Assembly (NCBI GenBank): GCA_030295235.1
Contig: AP026130.1
Span: 1,116,001 to 1,180,000, forward strand
Source: Fistulifera solaris
Lineage: Eukaryota
DNA length: 64,000 nt
Reading direction: 5' to 3'
The notes below the pieces were generated by a model, which was given only the letters and a program-made list of their open reading frames with translations, ran no database searches and was not told the DNA's origin. The translations under genes were made by a program, and so were the position numbers. Shown piece by piece: positions 38,788-50,863 of this stretch (position 1 is its first letter; each line of letters begins with the position of its first letter).

Positions 38788-39533
38788 TCATCTAATGTCG
38801 AGCTCTTCGCCAGATATTTTATTGTATTCATCGATGATGTCCTGCACAGAAAGATCTCTCTGGCTACATTGCATGAAATCAGGGGCAACACGAGAAACTA
38901 CTCGTCGCGGTTGTGAGACACCGGGAAGATTGATCTCTAACTGGAGTGAGCGGCCGCTGTTATGAAGTAGACTGATTTTTTTCGACGGAGTTTGGTTGCA
39001 GGCTTTGCTTTGTAAAGATATGCGAGAACTGGACTTTTTAACTGGAGTAACTGGAGGTTTTCATATCCGCTCTCTCCATTCCGTCGAGATCGGCTCGGCG
39101 TCGCTGCTCTTTGTTTCAGAGGTTGATTTGGTTCATCATCCGGCAGTGCAGGAGAGGAGTCAACGCCCCCAGTCATCCCGAAAAAGGACTTCCTACGAAC
39201 TACCATTCTGCGGCTTCCCTTTGACGGGGTCAGTGGTTGAGATCGTCCTTCTGACTTCTTTTTGATTACCAACCGGGCACGGACAGTCTTGGATTCATTC
39301 TTGTCACGCCCCTCTTGCTTGTCGTCCAATGAACAAGCTTTGATGGCGTCCGCAATCTGTCCAGCCTGAACTCTGAGTGAGCGCAATTTTTGCACGCGAA
39401 CGGCCTGTTGTTGTTCTTGCTCCTGTTCAGTCGAATCAAGGGTTGAACAACTGCCGTGGAGGCAAAGAATTTTCTTTGAAGAGTCGCAGTTCGCCGTCGA
39501 CGAAGGTCGGTTAGATGCTTGCATCAGTCGCAT
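38788..39533 (-). CDS. Basic disordered hypothetical protein; frameshift in an A-run near 38978
   Basis: Adding one A extends the 213-aa ORF with ISLLHNSGRSLQLEINLPGVSQPRRVVSR...DLSVQDIIDEYNKISGEELDIR*. Confidence 0.6.
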
Positions 39534-40283
39534 TAAAAAAGAAGCAATGAAAGTAACAGAGTTCACAGCAACATGCACAGTTACTTGATGAATTGAAGGC
39601 GAGAGTCGAGATGAATGCTTTTTGTTTTCGTGTGTTCACTGGTTCGATGAATGAGAGAAGAGCTGAATCTACTCGTAATTCTTATTGGGAGTGATAAATA
39701 GCCGGGGTAATTTTGTTGGAGACATCTTCTTTTGAATTTGACAAGTCCTTTCGAAGATGGCGGAGTGGCGGAGTAACTTTGACAAAATCACTATTCACTA
39801 TTGATTTTTTAATAAATGACGATTTTAATTCTTTCTTATGCCCTTGTTCGAAAGAGTCATTGGTCATTGTCCGATGTCCGATGTCCGATAGCACGATGGT
39901 ATTCTTTATTTCAATCTGTATAGCTCGGTTTTGGTCTTCTTCGCAGTAGGTAAAATTTGTGGTTTTCAAGTAGTACCTGGTAATGAGTCATACTTCTGCT
40001 CCTTACTTATCTTTGAAAATAATTGAATATCGAATATGTACAGGTGATACGTGATACAGTGCTGTAGTCCCTGTGACTGTAACGCGAAACGCGAGACGCG
40101 AGTGACGATGATGAACCTGTAACCTTAACCTTGAATCGAACGTGACTGATGATTAGTGACTGACTAAAAAGCGTCCGGCATTTATTCGATCTTGCCAAAA
40201 AATGCTTGTCACTGTGTTGGAAGCCAAAGAGCTGTTACAGCTCTTTGTTCGAAGTTTATAATTTTTGATTCACTACTAAGAAA

Positions 40284-42010
40284 ATGCAACAAGTTCGATC
40301 AAGGCATCGATTTCAATTTGAACAACTGCCCCAGACAGTGTCACCCGCGTCAACGAAACAGCCAACCCGAAGGAGGAAACAGGCGGTTTCGTACCGACCA
40401 TGGCTTCTGGTGCGACGCGACGGCACAGTGCCGTACTTGCAATGCTTGGGGCCTTCTTTTCGCGTTATCTATGCTTTCAATGACCAGGGTATTGTCAATC
40501 AGAAGACAATTGGGCGACGCTAATTATCAATCACGAACGACTATCATGTTCCCTCTCCTGCAAAATGAAAGGGAATTTCACAAGCCCACTTCTGTCATTG
40601 ATGCTCATCGTTCACCTAATTTCGGCGATGTAAATGTCAATCTATTTACAATCGACGGCATGGAAAAAGATCCGTCGGATTTACAGGGATACGAGAGCAG
40701 AAAGAGGAGAATCGGCCGACAGTAAGCACCCAGAAAGTGAGCGCTCCTTCTTCGATTATATTTACAACTTCGATGACGACTATCTCCGAAATCCATTGTG
40801 GACATGGGAGGATGATAAGATTCAGGATGAAAAGACATGTCGTCGAAATGCTTGGCATCGGAGAAGTCCCATGGATTGCAACTCGATGCACGAACTGGAC
40901 TTGCAAGGATTACTGACCGAAGGAAAAATGAATGCGTTGGGGTAAGCAGCTATTGTGTTAACTTGTTCACAACTCTTTCCATTCGTCACTGATGACTCGC
41001 ATTTCCAGTAAAGGAGGTTTTCGTGACGTCTTTTTAGTTCGTCACGGTGATGGCAGAAACTTCGAAGAAGTCGTTTTCAAACAATACCATTTTGACTCGA
41101 ATTACGATCATGAAGACTTTGAATACATGCGAGTTGACTCATTAGTGACCGAACTCTTCACGAGCAGCCCCCTCTTTCTCAATATTTATAGGTACGTATC
41201 ATAGGATGACAAAAGATTGGCCGCTTCTCAACGGCAACTCACTTTTGTTGCAGCAACTGCGGTTTATCCACCATGGCAGAAGCTATGGGCGACGGTTGCG
41301 TCGAAGATTACGCAGTGCCATTACAAAAGGAACGAGGCTATATTGAACTAAACGACAAGGATGATGTGGATCCGAAAAACAATCTGACCATCACGCAAAA
41401 GGTCAACTTTGCGCTGGACATGGCCGAATCGCTCGCTATGATGCACAATTATCCGGGTGGGGTGATCGTTCATGATGACGTGCATCTGGAACAGTTCCTC
41501 TTAACAAAAGATCATATGCATGTCAGAATTCAAGATTTCAATCGAGCCGAAATCATGCTGTGGAACAGTGACGATGAGGAATACTGTCGCTATCGAAATG
41601 GACCCGGACACGGCACCGTAAGTGAAACAGACGAGTATCCTGAGTTATTGCTAGTGAAGCGTTCTCAAACATTCACAATTTAGTGGAGATCACCTGAGGA
41701 GTATAGAGACTTGCCATTGAACGAGAAAATTGACGTGTGGAGTTTAGGATCCAATTTATATGCTATGCTAACAGGTCTAAATCCATTTTACGAGATCGAG
41801 TCCGAAAAAGCCGTCAAGCAGAAAATAAAGGAAGGCAAGATACCTTCAATCGATCCTCGGTATCGCAAGCGAAGCCTTGGAGAGCAAAAGTTGGTGGAAG
41901 CTATAGAACACTGCTGGGTAGTGGACCCCAACAAGAGGGGCAACATTTACGACGTAGTGAAAATTCTTCGCGAAGCCGCAAAGAATCCGACTGGCAAAGC
42001 GACATTATAA
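40284..42010 (+). CDS. Type II membrane protein kinase, PKDCC/VLK-like; introns 40942-41008, 41192-41253, 41618-41683; frameshifts near 40452 and 40701
   Basis: Spliced kinase motifs LGKGGFRDVF, VVFK, IVHDDVHLEQFL, IQDFNRAE, WRSPEEY, EKIDVWSLG. N-terminal TM segment (LLFALSMLSM) and a Cys-containing stem (CNSMHELDL). Confidence 0.82.
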
Positions 42011-42155
42011 AAAAATCATACTACGTCGATAATTACGCTTTCATTCAATCACCGAAACGCTTGAACGACGCTGTCTATTAGTTTGAGAATTATTCGTCGT
42101 CAGGCACAGAACTGAAGACTCCGACGAGATTCTAGATGTGATACTGTATCAGTAA

Positions 42156-42297
42156 TGTGATTTTTCGCGTTTCCAGAATATATGGGAATGTGTTTTCACG
42201 TGCCCAGAAAATGTGGGGGTGTGTTTTTCACGTCTCCAGAAAATGTGGGCGAGTGATTTTACACGTTTCCAGAAAATCTGGGATTGCGTACCTGGTA
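42156..42297 (-). repeat. Minisatellite array B: ~4 copies of the same unit, reverse orientation
   Basis: Plus strand reads ccagaaaatgtgggggtgtgtttttcacgt and ccagaaaatgtgggcgagtgattttacacgt, the reverse complement of array A units. Ends in TACCTGGTA. Confidence 0.92.
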
Positions 42298-42471
42298 GTG
42301 TTACCTCGTCGCTCGTCGCAGCATTGCAAATTTGATCTTTTTACATTCTCTTGTTGATGATGATTCATTCAAATGCATCTTGTTCATAACAATTAACTAT
42401 CCAACTCAATACAATAATATACAGGCAATTTGAATCATTATGCATGCACTTTGGTGTCAAGCGTAGCAAAA

Positions 42472-44337
42472 ATGAGTTCTGATGACGATAGCAACGATGA
42501 TCGGTACCTCGTTTCCGGCGGACTGTCGAAGCCTTTGAGAGAAAACCAAAATGAAACGATAATCAAACAGCCACCAATACGATCCAAAATAGCGTATGAT
42601 TCCAGTGACAGCGACGACGAAATTGTGGTAATGCCACCCGTGAAAGGTGCGAAATCGTCAGCATTGCCTTTGGGTCCCAAACTCACTGCTACCGGCTCCA
42701 ATGCGCGCGATCCTGTCAACATGGCAGATGATGAATCGGCGTCGTCTGATGACAGAACTTCTCCGCTCCAATTTACTTTAGCTCAGCGTCTAGCCCGTCG
42801 CAACGAAACAGAGAAACTCACATCGAATGCTATGCAAAATCATGTGAAGCGCAAGGATTCTTCAGAAAAGTCAAACACCTCGAACACAAGCAGTAACCCA
42901 GTGCGAAAAGAAAGTGCCCATTTGTCACAAGAAACAACCTACTCTATCGAAAACAAAGTTGGTCGCCTCAAGATGGCTACCAGTCAACCCGAAAGCTTGC
43001 CATCGCCCGCAAGTCGTAGCGATGAAAGCGTTCGTTTGATGACGAAAGGTATTAGCCAGCGAGCCAGTGAAAACACCACAAGATACGCCTCACTCGAAAG
43101 TGACAGTGACAGCGACGACTCATTGCTGGCGTGCTCGCAATTGAGTAATACTAGACCAGCTTCACAAACAGCACCAAGAATGAATCCCATCTTTGCCAAG
43201 AAACCATCAGCGAAAGCCCAACAAAAGGAATTAGCGAAAGAGATGAGAGAACAAGCCCGTCGGGACAAACAGTTGGCGAAAGAAATGGAAAAGGATATGC
43301 GACAACAGCAACGATTAGCGAAACAAGCTGCGGCTCAGGCGGAGAAAGACGATCGGAAGCGTCGGCGCATCGAATCCGATCAGACACGTGGAAAACGCGC
43401 GATTGACGAACTGGCCGTTCTCATGGAACATTCACTCTGCTATCACGAAGAGCTTACGCTTCGGAACGATTTGCAGGAAACAGGCTTTCTTGTAGATAGT
43501 TATCCTAGCGGTCTGGGGTGTGATGTAGTTCAGTTCATTCGATATGATTATGTCAATGGCGGAGGAACACGAGCGGTCGAAATGCTCAAGCAAAGCAAAC
43601 GAGAAGAGTATCAGCATCTTCCTATTGTTGGCGTTGTATTTCACGATCCGATGGATTTCATTTCGAAGATAGAACGGGATGCACATGACGAAGACGATGA
43701 TTATCCAAAGCTGGAATCTTTTTTGAAAGGTCTCGAAGTCGGATGGCGAGCAGCATGGCGACTTGGTGCAGAACAACGCCCACGATTCATTTTCTATCTG
43801 AATAACGTACACGCGACGCTGGACCAACTTTGGGTGAAATCTCGGAGAAAAGACCAGTCCATGAAAGCTCCTCCAACTGGCGAAGAGCTGCAAGATGCCT
43901 TAATCTGGTTGTCCATTCAATTCTGTGTCGATTGTATTCATTATCTTTGCCCCGAAGACCTGTCGACACAAATAAACAAAATGGCTGTGTGGCTAGCACG
44001 AGAACCTTACCAACGACAAATGACGGACCTGGAATGCGCCAAGAAGACAAAAATGCAGTGTTCCGACATGGATCCGCCTCTGGTTCGGTCGCAAGACTGC
44101 TGGAGACGCCAACTCTGTCAAGTTCCTGGAATTAGCGAAACCATGGCATCATCAGTAGTTAGCTATTTCCCTACCATGCGTTCTTTGTATCTCCGTTACC
44201 AAGACAAAAGTCTGACGGAAGATCAGAAGATTCTTCTTCTTGCCGACTGTTTTGGACGTGAAGGACGGCGAGATGTAAAATGTTCAGATGCTGTTTATCG
44301 AATACTAACTAGCAAAAACCCGAACGAGCTGATCTGA
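42472..44337 (+). CDS. EME1: Crossover-junction endonuclease subunit EME1/Mms4-like (ERCC4 plus HhH)
   Basis: Disordered N-terminus, coiled coil, ERCC4-like domain (EELQDALIWLSIQF). C-terminal WRRQLCQVPGISETMASSVVSYFPTMRSL...LLADC...SDAVYRILTSKNPNELI is typical of EME1. Confidence 0.75.
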   Translation: MSSDDDSNDDRYLVSGGLSKPLRENQNETIIKQPPIRSKIAYDSSDSDDEIVVMPPVKGAKSSALPLGPKLTATGSNARDPVNMADDESASSDDRTSPLQFTLAQRLARRNETEKLTSNAMQNHVKRKDSSEKSNTSNTSSNPVRKESAHLSQETTYSIENKVGRLKMATSQPESLPSPASRSDESVRLMTKGISQRASENTTRYASLESDSDSDDSLLACSQLSNTRPASQTAPRMNPIFAKKPSAKAQQKELAKEMREQARRDKQLAKEMEKDMRQQQRLAKQAAAQAEKDDRKRRRIESDQTRGKRAIDELAVLMEHSLCYHEELTLRNDLQETGFLVDSYPSGLGCDVVQFIRYDYVNGGGTRAVEMLKQSKREEYQHLPIVGVVFHDPMDFISKIERDAHDEDDDYPKLESFLKGLEVGWRAAWRLGAEQRPRFIFYLNNVHATLDQLWVKSRRKDQSMKAPPTGEELQDALIWLSIQFCVDCIHYLCPEDLSTQINKMAVWLAREPYQRQMTDLECAKKTKMQCSDMDPPLVRSQDCWRRQLCQVPGISETMASSVVSYFPTMRSLYLRYQDKSLTEDQKILLLADCFGREGRRDVKCSDAVYRILTSKNPNELI

Positions 44338-44465
44338 TTCAACAACTAAATATTCCTTTCAAGAATGCGCGAGGATGGAGCCGATGATGCCCCTGGTATC
44401 GTACACGATTACATTCTGTTCCCAATATTCTAAAACTAGTAAACGCGATGTTGACAAATTGCGAT

Positions 44466-45817
44466 TTATCTATTATTTATGTCAGTAGAAACTTCTCCGT
44501 TGTCGTCTTCTCGCTCATGGTGCGAGGATGCCTCAACATCCTCCTGCCTTTGTGGCGGCTCTTCGTCATCACTTTCGTGAATTCCTAATCGCTCCTGCTC
44601 TCTTTCCACAAACTTGGCCAACCTTGGAGATAGGGCAGTCCCTATGAGGAGCTGTGTCGGATGCCAAATGAGCAACGGCAGCGTATACAAGCCGACCGAG
44701 GGATTATCTCCGTATATCGAGTTGATCAATGGTATTCCAATCGCTACAGTTTTATGCGTGCATCCAAACAGTCCGAAGACACGCAATTTTGGCTGATTTG
44801 GAAAAGCAAATGAGAGAAGTAACCAGGCGCCCGTCATGAGTGTAACGAGCGAAATGAACTGGAAAGTAACTGAAAAGAGGAATAAGATGTCAATGCGGCG
44901 GAGCTTGAAACTAAGACAAGAAAGCCCAGGCACTTACTCATCAGAAAGATATCGCCGATCGAGCTTTGGGATTCTTTATCAAAGGTTTTGCAAAAGACAG
45001 TGTAGACAATAAACACGAGACCGAATTGTTGTAATTTCGCAAAGAACTTCTTGTGTTTTTTGTAAAACTCCACGACGGGTGGGGCCGTCTTTTGCAACAA
45101 CTGACCAAAGAGGACGGGCACAACAACTCTCAGCGTCAGTTCATAAAAGACTTTTACTAGATCAACATCACCCGACACTCCCAAGTATCCCAATATCAAT
45201 AGAGGAGAGAGAAACACTCCAATTAAATTGCCGAACGCCGAATTGAATACAGCAGAGGCCTCATCGCCGTTCGACGCCTTTGTTAAAATCTGACACCTGG
45301 ATAAGAAAGCAGCTCGTCAGCGACGCTAAAGTGATCAACGAAAACAAACTTGTACGTACATGTTGATTGTCATGGGTAAACTGGCACAAATAACCATCCC
45401 ATTCGCTAAATCCTCGGAGAGAATCGAAGCAGCCTCTAACCCTCGAGAAAGACCATACACCAAGGCAGAGCAGACGCCAAAGCTATACACCTGAACCAGC
45501 ACATTAAATCGAATTTGTTTGAATGCATTCGAAAATTCACTCGTCTTGAGACCCAATCCTGCCATGACAAAAATGAAAATGACGACGAGCCATGTCGCGG
45601 TAATATCGGGGGCCAAATACGTCGCCCCGATGGGCGGATACGCCCGCGCCAACAAAATAGCGATCAGAATGTGTATCAGAAATTCATTTTCCCAGTAAAA
45701 GGCCACAATGCGGTTCCACAATGTAGGTTTAGGTTCATTTTGTTGTTCGTCATGCGAGGCATTCTTATTCGAATCGGCGGAGACATCCAGCGAAGAGGGT
45801 GTCTCTTGAGGGCTCAT
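44466..45817 (-). CDS. SLC10A7: Sodium/bile acid cotransporter 7-like (SLC10A7/SBF-like); introns 45297-45359 and 44870-44937
   Basis: [82 protein letters not shown]. Confidence 0.9.
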
Positions 45818-46654
45818 TATTAGGAAGCGGTTGTTTGATGCACAAACGGAGTTGACGAGGACTTGTTCTTAATCGTCAATACTTCTCGCAATGTCGATGC
45901 TACTTCGCTAAAGAGCTGGGCTCTTGGTTTAATTATGCTTTCTTCGCAGAAACAAGAAGATAAATGAAACGATTGAAAACGAAAACGGTCATGTTTTTTG
46001 CAAAGCAAGAAGCTGACCACGGAATGAATTGGACGTCATTCCGGCAACGGTACTCCAGAGTACTATTTGTTGGACTGCTCAAAAGAATTTTCAGTCCCAC
46101 GTCAGACGTGAGGCCAATATTCAAGACTGCATTTCAAGTCACGAATAAATTCAGTTCATTCTGGACCACCTATCCATGCTCGCTTACTTTTGTATGTTAT
46201 ACTAGTTTATTCACCTTAACGCACAGAACAATTTGTCATTATCATTGGGAACTCCTTCATTCCATGTTTTGAATCAAAATGTTTTTGCGTTTTGTTCCCT
46301 TCCCTATCGAGTACAGTCCCAAAATAATAATGTTGTAGGCTCAACTTTACCACCACCGCATTTCAGTCATGAGTCATAATAAAGTGCATACATTTCGTTT
46401 TATAATTCCACGCATCGACTGTATTCGTCAAAACATCTTGCTGATCTGCATACCAGGTATTCCGTACAAAGTAAGGCTTACCTCTCACTCTCATGTCTCA
46501 TGTTAAATGTCAGTCCCGGGTTGTTGGGTCACGGGTGTGACGCTTTCTCCAGGGAAAATCCCGCAGGCCGCAGGCCGCAGGGGGCTCACGCCTTGAGCGG
46601 CTCTCTACGATGAATTCTCAGTCTTATTCAAATATCGGAATCCGAAATACATTT

Positions 46655-46739
46655 CTAGGTAGATGTACCCACCGGGAGATATACCAAGGTAGATATATCC
46701 CCCGGGGAGATATACCTAGGTAGATGTACCCCCTGGTAG
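46655..46739. repeat. Short tandem repeat: ~30-bp unit built from ~15-bp GG(T/G)AGAT(A/G)TA subunits
   Basis: ctaggtagatgtacccaccgggagatatac / caaggtagatatatcccccggggagatatac / ctaggtagatgtaccccctggtag. Confidence 0.8.
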
Positions 46740-47158
46740 CCGCCTCCCATTGTTATAAAAGTACAGCAGGAGCTAAATTATTGAGGAATCTTACTTTGAG
46801 TTCCCTCATATAACATTGCTACCTATCGCCTTTGAAAAATTTGATAAAGCAACTTCGGTAGCTCGTCTAGTATTCAGCTTTCAGAGCCAGTCTCGAACTG
46901 TCAGCTGACTATAAACCAAGATGTAGGTTATCCGAGACAGTACCACGACTGTAGTTTAGTCATGAAACGTCGTAATTGCGTCGACGATGCTATACGATGA
47001 TGATCGCGAGGCGACGAGGCAATCACAATACCGGTAAAAAATGATTTCAATTGCTTCTTGAGTGACGATTAAGTTGAACCCGCTATTATCAACCGTATTG
47101 AATCAATCCACTGCATACTGCGTTGCTGTTTGCTTTACAGGCATCCTTGGGCTACACG

Positions 47159-48486
47159 ATGATAAAAAGCTTTCTTCGAACGTCGGCTTTTGCGCTGATG
47201 GTGTTACTCATTCGTCCATCGGCACATGCATTTCTTTCTCCCATCCGCATTCATCTGAAGCAAATTTCTACGATTTCACGGTCTAAACAGTCACAGGTAC
47301 TTTTTTCCGCCAGCGAATGGCAGGAAAAGGCTTCTTCTCCGATCTTGTTGTCTTCCGTCAATCCATCAATTGCCACGCCATCGCTCACCAGAAAGACGTT
47401 TACCGATCGACGAGGATCTCAAATGAAGACACTACTTCGTGTCGGCGCTCCGAGTCTCATTATTGGCGCTGTCGCCTGTCTGACCTTTCCCGCACTTTCC
47501 ATGATGATTGCTTCGCTCATACACGACGCGGGTGCCTTCACTGTCCTTTCACAAGATTCCAGTCAGTTTGTGCAAAACTTTCTCAATGTAGCTGGTTTGC
47601 TTTTTAGCATTCTAGTCGGTCAAACGTGTAAGTCTTCATTGTGAAGTCAATTGATCTCAGAAAAAGAATCTCAACTTTTGTCTCGCTTCTAGACTACTTC
47701 CTATACACACAGCAGGAAAGCATCTTCTACGCTTTGTTTGAAGAAGTGACGGAAGCGAAATCGTTGCTCGAACAAGTAGCACTGGTATGTCAAGGACGGT
47801 CCATGTACAATCGCTGTTTAGAAGCGATTTCGCGCTATGTTCAACACGACTTGAAAAAGATTCAATCGGATCCAGCGGTATTGTTGTCCGCGCGACCGGT
47901 GGACGACCCGCTTGAAGCCATCATGTACATGACCTCGGTAGGAGTTCCCGGTTCCGTCTATGATACCGTCAAGTCGCTCCGCGAGGCACGTGCGCGGCGT
48001 TTGGGTGCCCTGCAACGAAAACTCCCTCCCATTCATATGCTCTTGCTGTGGGTATTGGCGGGTGTTCTTTTGGTGAGTTTCCCACTGCTGGGAGCTGGGA
48101 CGCAAACGATCGGGGGATTCAAGCTATTGACGGTGGAAGGTACCCTGTTTGGTGTAATGACATCTGGGATTATTTTGACATTACGAATCATTGGAGAGCT
48201 TTGGAGACCCGCCGGTGGAGCGTACAATGTGGATTCGGTCTTATCCGTCATGGTCAGTGGATTAGAGCAAGAACTCAAGGCACGCCGGGATGGACAGAAG
48301 CTGTTCAAATCAAATCGTTTAGCACCATCAGGACCGAACGAAGACTGGAGACAAGCTAGTACTAGTAAGAAAACGGACGACACGCCGGGTGAAGATTCGA
48401 GCAAACCTTCCGTGCAGCAACAAGGGGCAGACGTTGCGGTGGCGTTCAAACGAGTGAAAGGATGGATCAAACGCTGGACGCGCTAA
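47159..48486 (+). CDS. Probable plastid-targeted membrane protein (DUF4239/bestrophin-like topology); intron 47628-47692
   Basis: Signal peptide plus AHAF-LSP motif. GLLFSILVGQT/YY...EVTEAKSLLEQ, LREARARRL, and ELWRPAGGAYNV after paired TM helices. Confidence 0.65.
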
Positions 48487-48624
48487 TTGTAAATTGCTAA
48501 ATTAATTGCTGTAAAGCTGATGCATTGCGAGATCGACAGTTCTTTTCACGATAACCTACCGACATGAGTACTTCGTAAACACTGGGAACAAAACAAAACT
48601 AGCAATGGTTAACATTCGATTCTT

Positions 48625-50183
48625 TTAGTTTCGCATTATCTTCCGTACCAATTCGTCTGGTAAGCGGTTGTCTTGCATGAATGATCTCATGTAAAGAATA
48701 GACTCGGTTCCCCAATCAATGGCTGGCCGCCCTTGTATAGACTTGCCCTGTAATCTGGCAGGTGGCAAATGTTGCTGTAGTTGTGATTGCACCGACGACG
48801 ATGTGGGCGCTTGCAAAACCATTTCGGCAACTTGCATCAGAGAATCTAAACTGTTCATCTTCATGAAAGGACAAGTCGCGCAACCACCAGATGTACTGCA
48901 ACCCTCGCCTCCTGAGACACCAGGGACGAGCGGCATGTCAATATCACCAGTACCAGTCATAGCCTCGGACGCTACCGGGAAAATGATTTCTGCTTCAATG
49001 CTTGGATTAGGGGCATCGGCCAAGATGTTCTGTACGGATTGTACGATGGATGTGACCATGCCGGCTTCTGTTCCCAATATAAATTTTAATCGTTTCGGAT
49101 CAGGCTTCATCGAAGCGTCCTTCACCTTGCGCGAAACAAATTTCAGTATATCAGAAGTAGAACCAACCACACCTTCATCAGACAGTGACTTTTCCATAGC
49201 CATCTGGAACATTTCTCCAGGGACTTCGAGGTGCGCTGTGATAAAGCAGTCATCGTAATACTTCGATCGAACAGTGTCCACAACTGCATCGCCAAACATG
49301 TGATGAACAATGCAGTTACCGGAGGGGAATACTGCGATAGAGTCTCGTAAGCCCCGTAGCGTTTCGCGATTGTGATTTGGATGTAAATCTTTGGCAATCT
49401 TCTGATCGTTCCACGCCGGATCTTGTAGCAGTGCCGTCAGCAGAATAACCAGATTCTCTCCCATGTAAGTGTCCGGTCCGTACAATATTTTGATATCCGG
49501 AACTTGCGCGTATGCTTGCAAGATGGTAGCGAGAACATTGGATGATGTGCACGTAATAGTAGGTACCAGACTACTGCTGATCGCCTTTGTTTCCAAGCTT
49601 GTGTTAATGTACACAACATGCAGTGAATTGGCGGCTGCCGACTCTTTTCCAACCAAGCTCGATAAACGGCACGTTCCGCTGATTCAGCAAGCGAACATCC
49701 GATTTTGTTAGCAGTAGCTCGATAGACAGGCACCTGTTCAAATCCGTTCTTATGCAATATCGACTGCACCGATTCTGACATGAAATCAACGCCGAGACAA
49801 GCAATTTGTTCTACCCTTCCACTTTGCATCATTTCTACCGCCATATCTCCCATTTTTAGAGAATCAGCAATCCCAACAGCTGGATGACTCCTTTGAACGG
49901 CTTGTAACACTCCTTGTAATTCCACATCCATGTAATAATGAGCGACGACTCCCAATTTGGCCTTTTCTAAAAGTTCCGCCAATTCTTTGACGGCCACTGG
50001 ATCCGGATCAAGATAGAGAGCCTGTGCCTCTGCAAAGGATCCCACCGGCTGTATCGAGCGACCAATTATAAGCGACGGAAACTGATCGACGGACTGCTCA
50101 AAGGCTGTCGTCACGGAAGCAAAACATCGAAAAGGGAAAGTAGTCAGCGTTCTGGATAGCTTAGAAAACAGTGTTCGATGCAT
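48625..50183 (-). CDS. nadA: Quinolinate synthase (NadA, plant/algal type); frameshift near 49648
   Basis: VVAHYYMDVELQGVL, IADSLKMGD, LGVDFMSESV, IGCSLAESA, HVVYINTSLETKA, TCTSSNV, GPDTYMGEN, CIVHHMF, AHLEVPGEMF, GTEAGM, CATCPFMKMNSL. Mitochondrial-like presequence. Confidence 0.93.
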
Positions 50184-50863
50184 TTTAAAAGGGGGAGACT
50201 TCAAGCACTCTCGTTGATGTTACAAGCCAGCGTCTCTAGTTGCTAAATAGGTATAGGCTGTGGCTTTTTTCTTCGGTAAAGGTAAAAGCTGTTGCTTTTG
50301 TTTCTGGATCCGATGCGATGATGATGAAGCAACGGCATTCGTGCGGCGAACATGGTGAGTGGTGTGAAAGTTGTTTGGCAAGCCCTTCGTCCGCTTCTGT
50401 TGCTTGCCAGACGGCCAGACAGAAACAGATGTCACATGTTGTGGGTCATCCGGTCATTTCAATAAACATCCTATTACTTCACTCTGATTCTTGAAGTGCA
50501 GAATGCGGCATTTCTTTTGTCAAGAGTCTTTAGATAGTGTTCCTGTAGGGCCATAATTTGAGTAATGACTATCCTACTACTGCGTTATGTACGAGAAGCT
50601 GACACTGGAAAAGAAAGAAGGAAGAGGACTGGCTTTTCGTTTTCTGGAGGATCTGTATAGCCCCTTTCTGTAAAGGGTAAGACTGCTCGCCTTAACGAGT
50701 TTCGCGGAAACGGCCCATTCCGGCACGCAGTCTCGGCACTGGCACACGGATGAATTTACATAATAGGCGAGAGGTCGCTTATTGGGTGTTGCTCTTTGTG
50801 CTTGCTTCCATTTTGTTCAAAGCACGACCATCCGTGCCAACACAAAAGATATTGATAGAGATC

